Assembly: GCA_050178385.1 (NCBI GenBank)
Contig: JBFXGD010000129.1
Location: forward strand, 1-10,205
Source of the DNA: Calditrichaceae bacterium
Lineage (GTDB): Bacteria; Calditrichota; Calditrichia; Calditrichales; JBFXGD01
Direction: 5' to 3'
Length of the DNA: 10,205 nucleotides
Shown: piece after piece, positions 1 to 6,988 of the stretch
Layout of the letters: each line of letters opens with the position of its first letter
Numbering within the stretch: the first letter of the stretch is position 1
Program-made: the position numbers and the translations under genes
The notes under the pieces: generated by a model
The model's input: only the letters and a program-made list of their open reading frames with translations
What the model was told of the DNA's origin: nothing
Database searches by the model: none

Positions 1-61
1 GTCTGTATAATGATTTTATTTGTTGCAATAATAGTTTTTACAAAATTGTGGAGGTATCGTT

Positions 62-670
62 GTGAAAAATCTGATTTTACTAATACTGGTTTTTGGACTG
101 GCCAAGGTTTCTCTTGCCGATGAAATCCATTTTAAGGATGGAAGAGTCATGGTTAATGTAAATTTACTGGAATCTGATGATGAAAAAATTATAGTCGCCG
201 CCTCGGATCTCTCTCTGCACACCTTTGACAAAAGCGAAATCGATAAAATTGTGGAAAGCAGAATAAATTATGATGAGACATCAAAGATCCTGCAGCAGGG
301 AGATGCAGTCACTTTTTTGGATAAAAAGCTGGTTGTGCCTGACCTGAATATTTCACAAAAAAGTAAATATGAGTACCCGCACCTTAAACTAATATCACTT
401 AGTATTGTAGCGTTTGGCATAAGTTATGACTGCTTTAAAAGAGCCGGCGAAATAGATGATAAAATAGAGATCTTAAAAGAAGACCAATTGGATATTGCCG
501 GTGAGTCGAATCCCAATGCCGATTATTCGACCCTTAGAAGCGAAAAAAGCAGGAAAAATTTACTCGGTTATACTTTCCTGATTGCGGGAGTGGTAAATAC
601 CTATTTTGCGCTGGAAAAGGTTAGAGTTACTGCTGAGCCTGCTAAATTAGGCTTAAGTTATCAATTTTAG
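62..670 (+). CDS. Hypothetical exported/membrane protein (signal peptide, small N-terminal beta domain, two hydrophobic segments, C-terminal Phe)
   Basis: 202-aa ORF with GTG start and GGAGG RBS at 50-54. The N-terminus MKNLILLILVFGLAKVSLA-D looks like a Sec signal peptide with an AxA-like cleavage site. Hydrophobic stretches LISLSIVAFGISY and LLGYTFLIAGVVNTYFAL; ends LGLSYQF. Followed by a terminator. Confidence 0.8.
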   Translation: MKNLILLILVFGLAKVSLADEIHFKDGRVMVNVNLLESDDEKIIVAASDLSLHTFDKSEIDKIVESRINYDETSKILQQGDAVTFLDKKLVVPDLNISQKSKYEYPHLKLISLSIVAFGISYDCFKRAGEIDDKIEILKEDQLDIAGESNPNADYSTLRSEKSRKNLLGYTFLIAGVVNTYFALEKVRVTAEPAKLGLSYQF

Positions 671-712
671 ATGACACTTTTATCTATTCTTCTAACTTTC
701 AATTATCAATAC

Positions 713-745
713 AAAACCGGTGATGTTTCAGCCACCGGTTTTTTT
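713..745 (+). terminator. Rho-independent terminator
   Basis: Perfect 10-bp inverted repeat AAAACCGGTG (713-722) / CACCGGTTTT (733-742), 10-nt loop, running into a T7 tract, about 40 nt after the stop at 670. Confidence 0.85.
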
Positions 746-780
746 GTTTGTATTGTCTTCCCCTGCGATCGAATTTCAAT

Positions 781-810
781 TTGAGATGTATATCATCTCT
801 TCCTTATATT
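781..810 (+). promoter_or_regulatory. Putative sigma70 promoter of the MscS gene with an overlapping inverted repeat
   Basis: TTGAGA (781-786) - 18 bp - TATATT (805-810). The inverted repeat GAGATG-N5-CATCTC (783-799) overlaps the -35 and spacer. Confidence 0.35.
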
Positions 811-906
811 TAATACAATATGAGTACATCCGGCAGCCCGTTAGTTAAACGCGTCAGTTGAAACTGGTCTGTTGCTGCCTGAGAGTTTGTTTATCCGGGA
901 GATGAA

Positions 907-2133
907 ATGTTTTTTGAAAGATTAAAGATTTTTAATACCGCTTATCCTGTTGTTTCAGATATGATGGTTGCCGCCGGTGTGGGCGTATTGTGTTTTATCT
1001 CTTATCTAATCGTTGCCAGAATATTGCTTAGATTCGCGGAAAGAATTATCAGAAAAACCAAGACCCAGTTGGATGATGTGCTCCTTGAAAGTAATATACT
1101 AAAAAAGATTTCATATATTGTTCCTATACTTGTTGTCTATAATCTTGCGTTTTTGTTTCCCAAATTATCCGGAATCATCGTTCGCGTAAGCCAGGTACTT
1201 TTAATCTGGGTCTTTGTTATAAGCATAACTGCGTTCCTTAGCGTCCTTAACCGCTATTATGAAAATCTTCCCACAGCCAGAGAGCGCCCCATTAAAGGTT
1301 ACATTCAGATCACCAATATTTTTATTTACATCATCGCCATCATATTTATCATCGGATTATTGTCCGGGCAATCACCATGGACCATTTTAGGGGGTGTGGG
1401 CGCTCTGACAGCCGTCATTTTATTGATCTTCAGGGATACCATTCTCTCATTTGTCGCTAGTTTACAGATATCGAGTTATGATCTTGTCCATATCGGCGAC
1501 TGGATCGAAATGCCCAAATACGGCGCCGACGGCGATGTAATTGATATCGCTTTACACACTGTCAAAATTCAGAACTGGGATAAGACTATCACGGTTATCC
1601 CGACACATAAGCTTGTCGAAGACAGCTTTAAAAACTGGCGCGGAATGATGCAGGCCGGCGGAAGACGGATCAAAAGAGCGGTCCATATCGATCTCAATAC
1701 CATCAAATTTTGTGATGAGGAGATGATCAGCCGTTTTGAAGAATTCCAGTTAATCACAGATTACATCATAAAGAAAAAGCAGGAACTCACTGAATATAAC
1801 AAAAAATATCATATTGAAAACGAACGGCTGGTAAACGGCCGGCGAATGACCAACATCGGTACCTTTAGGGCATATATTGAAGCCTATATAAAAAGGCATC
1901 CGAAAATTAATCAGGAAATGACCAACATGGTGCGACAGCTTCCACCCGGACCAACCGGTCTGCCGATAGAAATTTATGTCTTTACCAATGATATTGTCTG
2001 GCAGAATTACGAAGCGATTCAGGCCGATATTTTTGATCATATTCTCGCGGTGGTGCCGCAGTTTGATCTTCAAATCTATCAGAATCCCTCAGGCAGGGAT
2101 ATCTCGGGCATCGTTATCGGCGCTTCAAAATAA
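907..2133 (+). CDS. Mechanosensitive ion channel, MscS family, YbdG/MscM-like
   Basis: 408 aa with about 5 N-terminal TM helices. Contains YbdG-type motifs GVGALTAVILLIFRDTILSFVASLQI, GDWIEMPKYGADGDVIDIALHTVKIQNWDKTITVIPT, SFKNWRGM..AGGRRIKR, NGRRMTNIGTFRAY and EAIQADIFDH. RBS GGGAG at 897-901. Confidence 0.95.
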   Translation: MFFERLKIFNTAYPVVSDMMVAAGVGVLCFISYLIVARILLRFAERIIRKTKTQLDDVLLESNILKKISYIVPILVVYNLAFLFPKLSGIIVRVSQVLLIWVFVISITAFLSVLNRYYENLPTARERPIKGYIQITNIFIYIIAIIFIIGLLSGQSPWTILGGVGALTAVILLIFRDTILSFVASLQISSYDLVHIGDWIEMPKYGADGDVIDIALHTVKIQNWDKTITVIPTHKLVEDSFKNWRGMMQAGGRRIKRAVHIDLNTIKFCDEEMISRFEEFQLITDYIIKKKQELTEYNKKYHIENERLVNGRRMTNIGTFRAYIEAYIKRHPKINQEMTNMVRQLPPGPTGLPIEIYVFTNDIVWQNYEAIQADIFDHILAVVPQFDLQIYQNPSGRDISGIVIGASK

Positions 2134-2167
2134 ATTGTTGACCATGATGAAATATATTTTTCACTTC

Positions 2168-2195
2168 TTGTACAACAGTCCAATTACTTTATCAT
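2168..2195 (+). promoter_or_regulatory. Putative sigma70 promoter upstream of the CYTH-DUF47-PiT genes
   Basis: TTGTAC (2168-2173) - 16 bp - TATCAT (2190-2195), 28 nt before the CYTH start codon. Confidence 0.3.
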
Positions 2196-2223
2196 TTAAA
2201 TTGGAAAGAGACAGGACGATTTT

Positions 2224-2691
2224 ATGGGAATCGAGATTGAGCGTAAATTTCTGGTTAGAAATGATTCCTGGCGCGGAGCGTATTCGGGAGAAAAGTACCG
2301 CCAGGGCTACTTGTCCACCCACCTCAACCGAACTACCCGTGTCCGTGTTGCCGGTGAAAAGGCTTTTATTACTATTAAAGGTAGAAATAACGGCCTGACG
2401 CGCAGAGAGTTTGAATTTGAAATCCCAAAGGATGAAGCAGAAGAAATATTGCGGACTTTATGCGAACAGCCCATCCTGGAAAAAACCAGATATTCGATTG
2501 ATTATAAAGGAATGGCATGGGTTATTGATGAATTTGAAGGAGAAAATGAAGGACTGATCCTGGCTGAAATTGAATTGACTCATGAAAATCAGGTCATTCA
2601 TTTCCCCGACTGGATTGGAGAAGAAGTCTCATCGGATGTCCGGTACTATAACTCAAACCTGGTAAGCAATCCCTTTAAAAATTGGAAATAG
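2224..2691 (+). CDS. CYTH domain protein (triphosphate tunnel metalloenzyme; CyaB/thiamine triphosphatase superfamily)
   Basis: N-terminal ExExK motif (EIERKFLV), plus QGYL, RVRV, ITIKG, REFEFEIP, EKTRY, W.ID.F.G.N.GL.LAEIEL and C-terminal W.GEEVS.D.RYYN.NL. Confidence 0.95.
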   Translation: MGIEIERKFLVRNDSWRGAYSGEKYRQGYLSTHLNRTTRVRVAGEKAFITIKGRNNGLTRREFEFEIPKDEAEEILRTLCEQPILEKTRYSIDYKGMAWVIDEFEGENEGLILAEIELTHENQVIHFPDWIGEEVSSDVRYYNSNLVSNPFKNWK

Positions 2692-2746
2692 CTTTTTTTT
2701 ATGATAGATTTATATGAGTCCCTTACACCTAACCCGGGGAAGCATT

Positions 2747-3394
2747 ATGCCATTACTTTTCAAAACCACAAAAGCTCTCGAACGGCAAATTGATCAATAT
2801 CTTGACGCTATCAGTCAGGGAGGCATTGTATTTAAGGAAGGCTTAAAGAACTATTTGGATAATAATCAGGATAGTTTTGATCAAAGAATCGGAACGATTG
2901 ACCGGTTAGAAGCCGAAGCCGACAACCTGCGCAGAAGCATCGAAACCGATCTGTACAGCCACTCTTTAATTCCCGAACACCGCGGAGATGTATTGGGACT
3001 GCTGGAAACCATGGATAATGTCATTGACACGGAGAAAGAGACACTCAATCAATTCTCTCTGGAAAACCCCTTTATACCACCCGTATTAAATGTAGAATTT
3101 TCCGACCTTGCCGAGATGGCCACTCAGGCGGCTGAATCGGTTGTTCAGGCCACCAGATCGTTTTTCCTGGATTTCCGGGCCGTGAAAGACCATCTCCATA
3201 AAGTTTATTTTTATGAAAAAGAAGCCGATAAATTGGGAAATCACCTCAAACGCCATATTTTTCAGATGCAGGAGCTTGATTTGAGTCAGAAAATACATTT
3301 GCGTTATTTTGCCCTTCATGTTGACAGTCTTGCCGACCGCGCGGAAAACGTAGCCGACCGACTGGCCATCTACACCATAAAACGTATGATTTAG
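2747..3394 (+). CDS. DUF47 family PhoU-like phosphate transport accessory protein
   Basis: Two internal copies of the E..AD motif (LEAEADNLRRSIE; YEKEADKLG), plus IPEHRGDVLGLLE..DNVID and ADRAENVADRL. Adjacent to PiT, the usual context. ATG 2747 is preferred over 2714 because GGGGA at 2736-2740 precedes it. Confidence 0.92.
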   Translation: MPLLFKTTKALERQIDQYLDAISQGGIVFKEGLKNYLDNNQDSFDQRIGTIDRLEAEADNLRRSIETDLYSHSLIPEHRGDVLGLLETMDNVIDTEKETLNQFSLENPFIPPVLNVEFSDLAEMATQAAESVVQATRSFFLDFRAVKDHLHKVYFYEKEADKLGNHLKRHIFQMQELDLSQKIHLRYFALHVDSLADRAENVADRLAIYTIKRMI

Positions 3395-3409
3395 GTTCAG
3401 GGTATTTTG

Positions 3410-4906
3410 ATGATCTTTCTTTTTCTAACCAGCGGGCTGTTCCTTGGATGGTCATTGGGCGCCAACGACGCGGCTAATGTATTCGGAACCGCGGTGGGAA
3501 CCCGGATGATCCGTTTTAAAACCGCGGCGCTGATCGCCAGTGTTTTTGTGATCATTGGCGCTGTCATAGGCGGTTCGGGCGCGGCATACACACTTGGAAA
3601 ATTAGGCGCTGTCAACGCGATCGCTGGCTCATTTATGGTGGCGCTGGCCTCCGGGTTAACCGTATTTCTAATGACACGGCTCAAGGTACCGGTTTCAACC
3701 TCTCAGGCTATTGTAGGCGGGATTGTGGGCTGGAACTTTTTCACCAGTTCAGTGACGGATTATGACTCGCTCACCAAAATTGTGCTGACCTGGTTTCTCT
3801 GTCCTGTTCTTGCGGCAATATTCGCGATTCTTCTGTTCAGTTTATTAAAACTCATCCTAAATAATCTGCATTTTCATATGCTGAGCAGTGATAATTATCT
3901 GCGGATAGCATTGACCATCGCCGGCGCTTTTGGGGCTTATAGTCTTGGCGCGAATAATATCGCAAATGTAATGGGTGTTTTTGTCCCGGTGACCCCGTTC
4001 GAACCGCTCGATGTTTATGGACTCTTTACATTATCAAGCGCGCAGCAATTATTTTTTCTGGGCGGTCTGGCGATCGCTGTGGGCATATTTACATATTCAC
4101 AAAGGGTTATGGCCACCGTTGGAAAGAATTTATTCAGATTGTCCCCCATTTCGGCTCTGGTTGTCGTTCTTTCCCAAGCGATCGTATTGTTTCTTTTTTC
4201 TTCCGAGCAGTTGGAATCCTGGCTCTTTCAGCAAGGTTTACCCACCATACCGCTGGTCCCGGTTTCAAGCACACAGGCAGTTGTCGGAGCCATCATCGGC
4301 ATTGGTTTGATAAAAGGCGGAAAAGGCGTTCGCTACAATGTCCTCGGTGAAATTGCCACCGGATGGGTCACCACACCGGTTATCTCCGGTATTATTACCT
4401 TCGTCGCTCTTTTCTTTTTACAAAATGTTTTTAACCAGCAGGTAAGCCGTAAAACCGAGTATATCATCACCCAGGAAGTCCTCACTTCTCTTCAGACAAA
4501 AGGAATTAACGACCCGGATCTGTTGAAACTGCAGGGAAGGATATATCATAACTCCGTGAAGCTGTCTTCAACTCTTAAACGTCTGACCAGCCTTGACAAT
4601 CTGCAAATCAGAGAAACGATCGACGCATCGGAAATTTCAGCTTTATTTATAGATCCGCTGACGTTGAATAAAAAACTGGACAGGAATTTATTTTCCGACG
4701 CGCAAATTGAGGCTCTCAAACGACTGGAGGGTGAGCGCTACAGGTACAAATGGCAATTTATTGATGCCCTTGAAAATCAAACGGATGAATGGCGGCTGAA
4801 ACCGGACAGCAGAATAAATAAAGAGTATAATAAATCACAATTGAACGCGCGCCAGTATCTGATAAATTTATTTCAATCCGCGGAATTGGATGAGGAAGAA
4901 TTTTAG
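3410..4906 (+). CDS. Inorganic phosphate transporter (PiT family) with a ~150-aa soluble C-terminal extension
   Basis: PiT signatures GANDAANVFGTAVG and GANNIANVMG; PVSTSQAIVGGIVG and PVSSTQAVVGAIIGIG; W..TP. Multiple TM helices, then a hydrophilic tail after about aa 345. Start is ATG 3410 or TTG 3407, with AGGG at 3399-3402. Confidence 0.95.
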   Translation: MIFLFLTSGLFLGWSLGANDAANVFGTAVGTRMIRFKTAALIASVFVIIGAVIGGSGAAYTLGKLGAVNAIAGSFMVALASGLTVFLMTRLKVPVSTSQAIVGGIVGWNFFTSSVTDYDSLTKIVLTWFLCPVLAAIFAILLFSLLKLILNNLHFHMLSSDNYLRIALTIAGAFGAYSLGANNIANVMGVFVPVTPFEPLDVYGLFTLSSAQQLFFLGGLAIAVGIFTYSQRVMATVGKNLFRLSPISALVVVLSQAIVLFLFSSEQLESWLFQQGLPTIPLVPVSSTQAVVGAIIGIGLIKGGKGVRYNVLGEIATGWVTTPVISGIITFVALFFLQNVFNQQVSRKTEYIITQEVLTSLQTKGINDPDLLKLQGRIYHNSVKLSSTLKRLTSLDNLQIRETIDASEISALFIDPLTLNKKLDRNLFSDAQIEALKRLEGERYRYKWQFIDALENQTDEWRLKPDSRINKEYNKSQLNARQYLINLFQSAELDEEEF

Positions 4907-5169
4907 TTACAGATATAAACCGGACTGTTATGATAAATCAAGGAATCTGTTAATTAATATTGCTTCCATTACCATGATCTCTTGCTATTATTTCAGCCCA
5001 TATAGGGGCAATATCCCGTAATTTTGATAGTTCGGTCTATTTTACAAACGTCAGATTATTTATGGGAACTTTTCTCCGGTTTTGGGTATATAATGACTAC
5101 ATTCTGCTGATATTATTCAGAACACAATTTCTTTGAACATGATAATGCTAATTTTACTTTGAGGGAAAA

Positions 5170-5547
5170 ATGGAAGTCGAAATTTCCGTCGGCGAGCTTG
5201 TTGACAAGCTGACAATTTTATCCATAAAAACAAAAAAAATAAATGATCCCGGTAAGTTGAAGAACATCAAAAAGGAGTATCGCATTCTGGAAGAAGCGAT
5301 GAATCTGGCCGGACTCACTCCCAATTCCGAAGAATATAAACAACTGGAAAGAATCAATCTTGTTCTTTGGGATGTGGAAGACGCTTTAAGAATAAAAGAA
5401 AAAAACAAAAATTTTGACGATGAATTTATACAGCTTGCCAGAAAAGTATATTTTACCAATGATGAGCGCGCCAGAATTAAAAGCGCCATTAACAAGAAAT
5501 TCAACTCCCATCTGACCGAAGAGAAACAATATGTTGATTACAGGTAA
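5170..5547 (+). CDS. DUF6165-like conserved hypothetical protein
   Basis: Family pattern recognised from memory: EISVGELVDKLTIL.IK, L..IN..LWDVED.LR.KE, FD.EFI.LAR.VY.TND.R..IK..IN, S.L.EEK.Y. RBS GAGGG at 5161-5165. Confidence 0.85.
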   Translation: MEVEISVGELVDKLTILSIKTKKINDPGKLKNIKKEYRILEEAMNLAGLTPNSEEYKQLERINLVLWDVEDALRIKEKNKNFDDEFIQLARKVYFTNDERARIKSAINKKFNSHLTEEKQYVDYR

Positions 5548-6583
5548 GGATTCCACCGGGCAGATTGATCCGGCTGAAATCAAAAAAATATTAATTATCC
5601 AGTTTCAGCCCTTTGGAGATGTTATTCTCTCTACCACATATCTCAAGGCGCTGAGCGAAAAGTTCCCGACCGCGAAAATTGATTTTCTTGTACGCAAACC
5701 CTATGATCAGGTTTTATTCAAAAATCCATATCTGAACCGCGTGATAACAGAAAAAACGGAAAAAGGTATCCGCCAAATCATTTCCAGAATAAAGCTTTTT
5801 CTAAACATCAAAAGCCGAAAATATGATCTGATTATTGATCAGCAAAATAATCCGGGTTCGGGGCAGGCGGTCCTTTTCAGTAACGCAAAGTACCGGCTGG
5901 GCTGGGCAGACGCTGACTGGAAATTCACATATAATTTAAGGGCTCCCAGGGGCCCGGTCAGGTATAACGGCTCGAGAAAATTTGACATATTGACCCCACT
6001 GGGTATCACCGAACAGCCCTATGAACTGTTCTTTCATATCAAGGAAGAATCCCATTTATATATCGATCAATGGCTGGCGAACAAAAAAATCCCTGAAGGT
6101 GAATTTATCTGTATTTCACCCGGAAGTCCGGTTTGGAGTAAAAGATGGCATGAGGAAGGGTATGCCGGTCTGGCCGATCTTATTATCAATAATACAGATT
6201 ATAACGTTATCCTACTCTGGGGACCTTCGGAAAAAGACATCGTGGATGAAATTGCGCGGCGGATGCAAAACAAGCCCGTAACCGCGCCAAAAACCGACTT
6301 TAATCAGGCCGGGGCGTTAATTTCCAAAAGCGCCCTGTTCATCTGCAATGACGGAGGGCTTAATCATTTATCTGTGGCGTTAAAAACCCCGACACTGGCG
6401 ATTTTCGGATATACAAAGACAGATGTCTGGTCACCCGCATCTGTTTTTAGCGATCACCACCATTTGCAGAGCGCGGACAAAGCTCCCGGTCCGTTTGATC
6501 CATCCTTTGGGATAACTCCTGAAGCTGCATTCAACAGGATTCTCGACATCATCAGGATTAAATCTATTGAAAAGAGCCAATAA
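5531..6583 (+). CDS. Glycosyltransferase family 9 (ADP-heptose:LPS heptosyltransferase-like)
   Basis: KILIIQ...FGDVIL, ALSEKFPTAKIDFLV, YDLIID, ISPGS....KRW, LLWGPSEK, and the GT9 motif ALFICNDGGLNHLSVALKTPTLAIFG. The start overlaps the upstream gene by 17 nt. Confidence 0.93.
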   Translation: MLITGKDSTGQIDPAEIKKILIIQFQPFGDVILSTTYLKALSEKFPTAKIDFLVRKPYDQVLFKNPYLNRVITEKTEKGIRQIISRIKLFLNIKSRKYDLIIDQQNNPGSGQAVLFSNAKYRLGWADADWKFTYNLRAPRGPVRYNGSRKFDILTPLGITEQPYELFFHIKEESHLYIDQWLANKKIPEGEFICISPGSPVWSKRWHEEGYAGLADLIINNTDYNVILLWGPSEKDIVDEIARRMQNKPVTAPKTDFNQAGALISKSALFICNDGGLNHLSVALKTPTLAIFGYTKTDVWSPASVFSDHHHLQSADKAPGPFDPSFGITPEAAFNRILDIIRIKSIEKSQ

Positions 6584-6585
6584 TT

Positions 6586-6622
6586 TTAGCTCCACTGCTT
6601 AGAGCAGGCCGGACAAAGCTAA
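6586..6622. terminator. Imperfect hairpin between the convergent GT9 gene and the small ORF
   Basis: Outer stem TTAGCT (6586-6591) / AGCTAA (6617-6622) enclosing an inner CTGCT-TAG-AGCAG hairpin. No long U-tract on either strand. Confidence 0.3.
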
Positions 6623-6646
6623 TAAACGGGGGATATAAAAATTTAA

Positions 6647-6823
6647 TTATGAGGCAAGTGAAATTTTATCTATAGCGGTATGTGATGGCAGGTTACGGTA
6701 AACAGTAGTATACATACGGGAGACGTTAGTATGCCGGTCGTATTGATGCGCTGATTCCTGCACGGTCTCTGTATTAAATATAAATAACTTAGACTTAATT
6801 TTGATTTTTAGTTTTAATTTCAT
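6647..6823 (-). CDS. Unannotated 58-aa small protein MKLKLKIKIKSKLFIFNTETVQESAHQYDRHTNVSRMYTTVYRNLPSHTAIDKISLAS
   Basis: Translated by hand from ATG (6823-6821) to TAA (6649-6647). Strong RBS AGAGAGG (6836-6830) 6 nt upstream, and a perfect extended -10 further upstream. It occupies an otherwise empty intergenic gap. Confidence 0.65.
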   Translation of the reverse strand: MKLKLKIKIKSKLFIFNTETVQESAHQYDRHTNVSRMYTTVYRNLPSHTAIDKISLAS

Positions 6824-6894
6824 CTTTTACCTCTCTATGCTGGTTCTACTTACAAATTACCGATTAGAACGGTTATTTATTTCTTTTTGTTCCA

Positions 6895-6903
6895 ATTATA
6901 ACA
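6895..6903 (-). promoter_or_regulatory. Extended -10 promoter (TGnTATAAT) for the small ORF
   Basis: The minus strand reads TGTTATAAT at 6903-6895, giving a predicted +1 near 6888 and a ~65-nt leader to the ATG at 6823. Confidence 0.6.
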
Positions 6904-6921
6904 ATCAAGTTGAATTAAATC

Positions 6922-6937
6922 AGTGATCTACGTTACA
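6922..6937. promoter_or_regulatory. CRP-family binding site 1
   Basis: AGTGA-TCTACG-TTACA matches 8/10 of the consensus TGTGA-N6-TCACA, and the spacer resembles the consensus TCTAGA. AT-rich flanks. Confidence 0.55.
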
Positions 6938-6944
6938 AAAACCC

Positions 6945-6960
6945 GGTGATGAAAGTCACA
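6945..6960. promoter_or_regulatory. CRP-family binding site 2
   Basis: GGTGA-TGAAAG-TCACA matches 9/10 of TGTGA-N6-TCACA and lies 23 bp from site 1. Confidence 0.55.
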
Positions 6961-6988
6961 CTAAATTCCCCTAACTTGAACATTATAT

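Noticed and set aside
879..907. Hammerhead-like core (CTGA...GAAA) in the MscS leader
   Set aside because: The sequence reads CTGAGAG rather than CUGANGA, and the required stems are absent.
2134..2223. Pho box upstream of the phosphate cluster
   Set aside because: No 11-bp-period CTGTCAT-like direct repeats; only short AT-rich inverted repeats (TGAAA-N6-TTTCA, CCAATT...AATTGG) that are expected by chance.
2714..2746. Upstream ATG for the DUF47 gene
   Set aside because: No RBS before 2714, whereas ATG 2747 follows GGGGA at a normal spacing.
4907..5169. 263-bp gap after PiT with a 15-codon minus-strand ORF (MVMEAILINRFLDLS), short hairpins and several TATAAT-like hexamers
   Set aside because: No convincing RBS, terminator or paired -35/-10; treated as an ordinary AT-rich promoter region.
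6714..6774. Long-range pairing ATACGGGAGAC / GTCTCTGTAT suggesting an ncRNA such as 6S RNA
   Set aside because: Only one bulged 10-bp stem, with no extended rod structure; the region is better explained by the 58-aa ORF.
6935..6951. Similarity of ACAAAAACCCGGTGATG to the terminator arm at 711-725 (ACAAAACCGGTGATG)
   Set aside because: Short, gapped match with no partner arm at the second site; likely coincidence.
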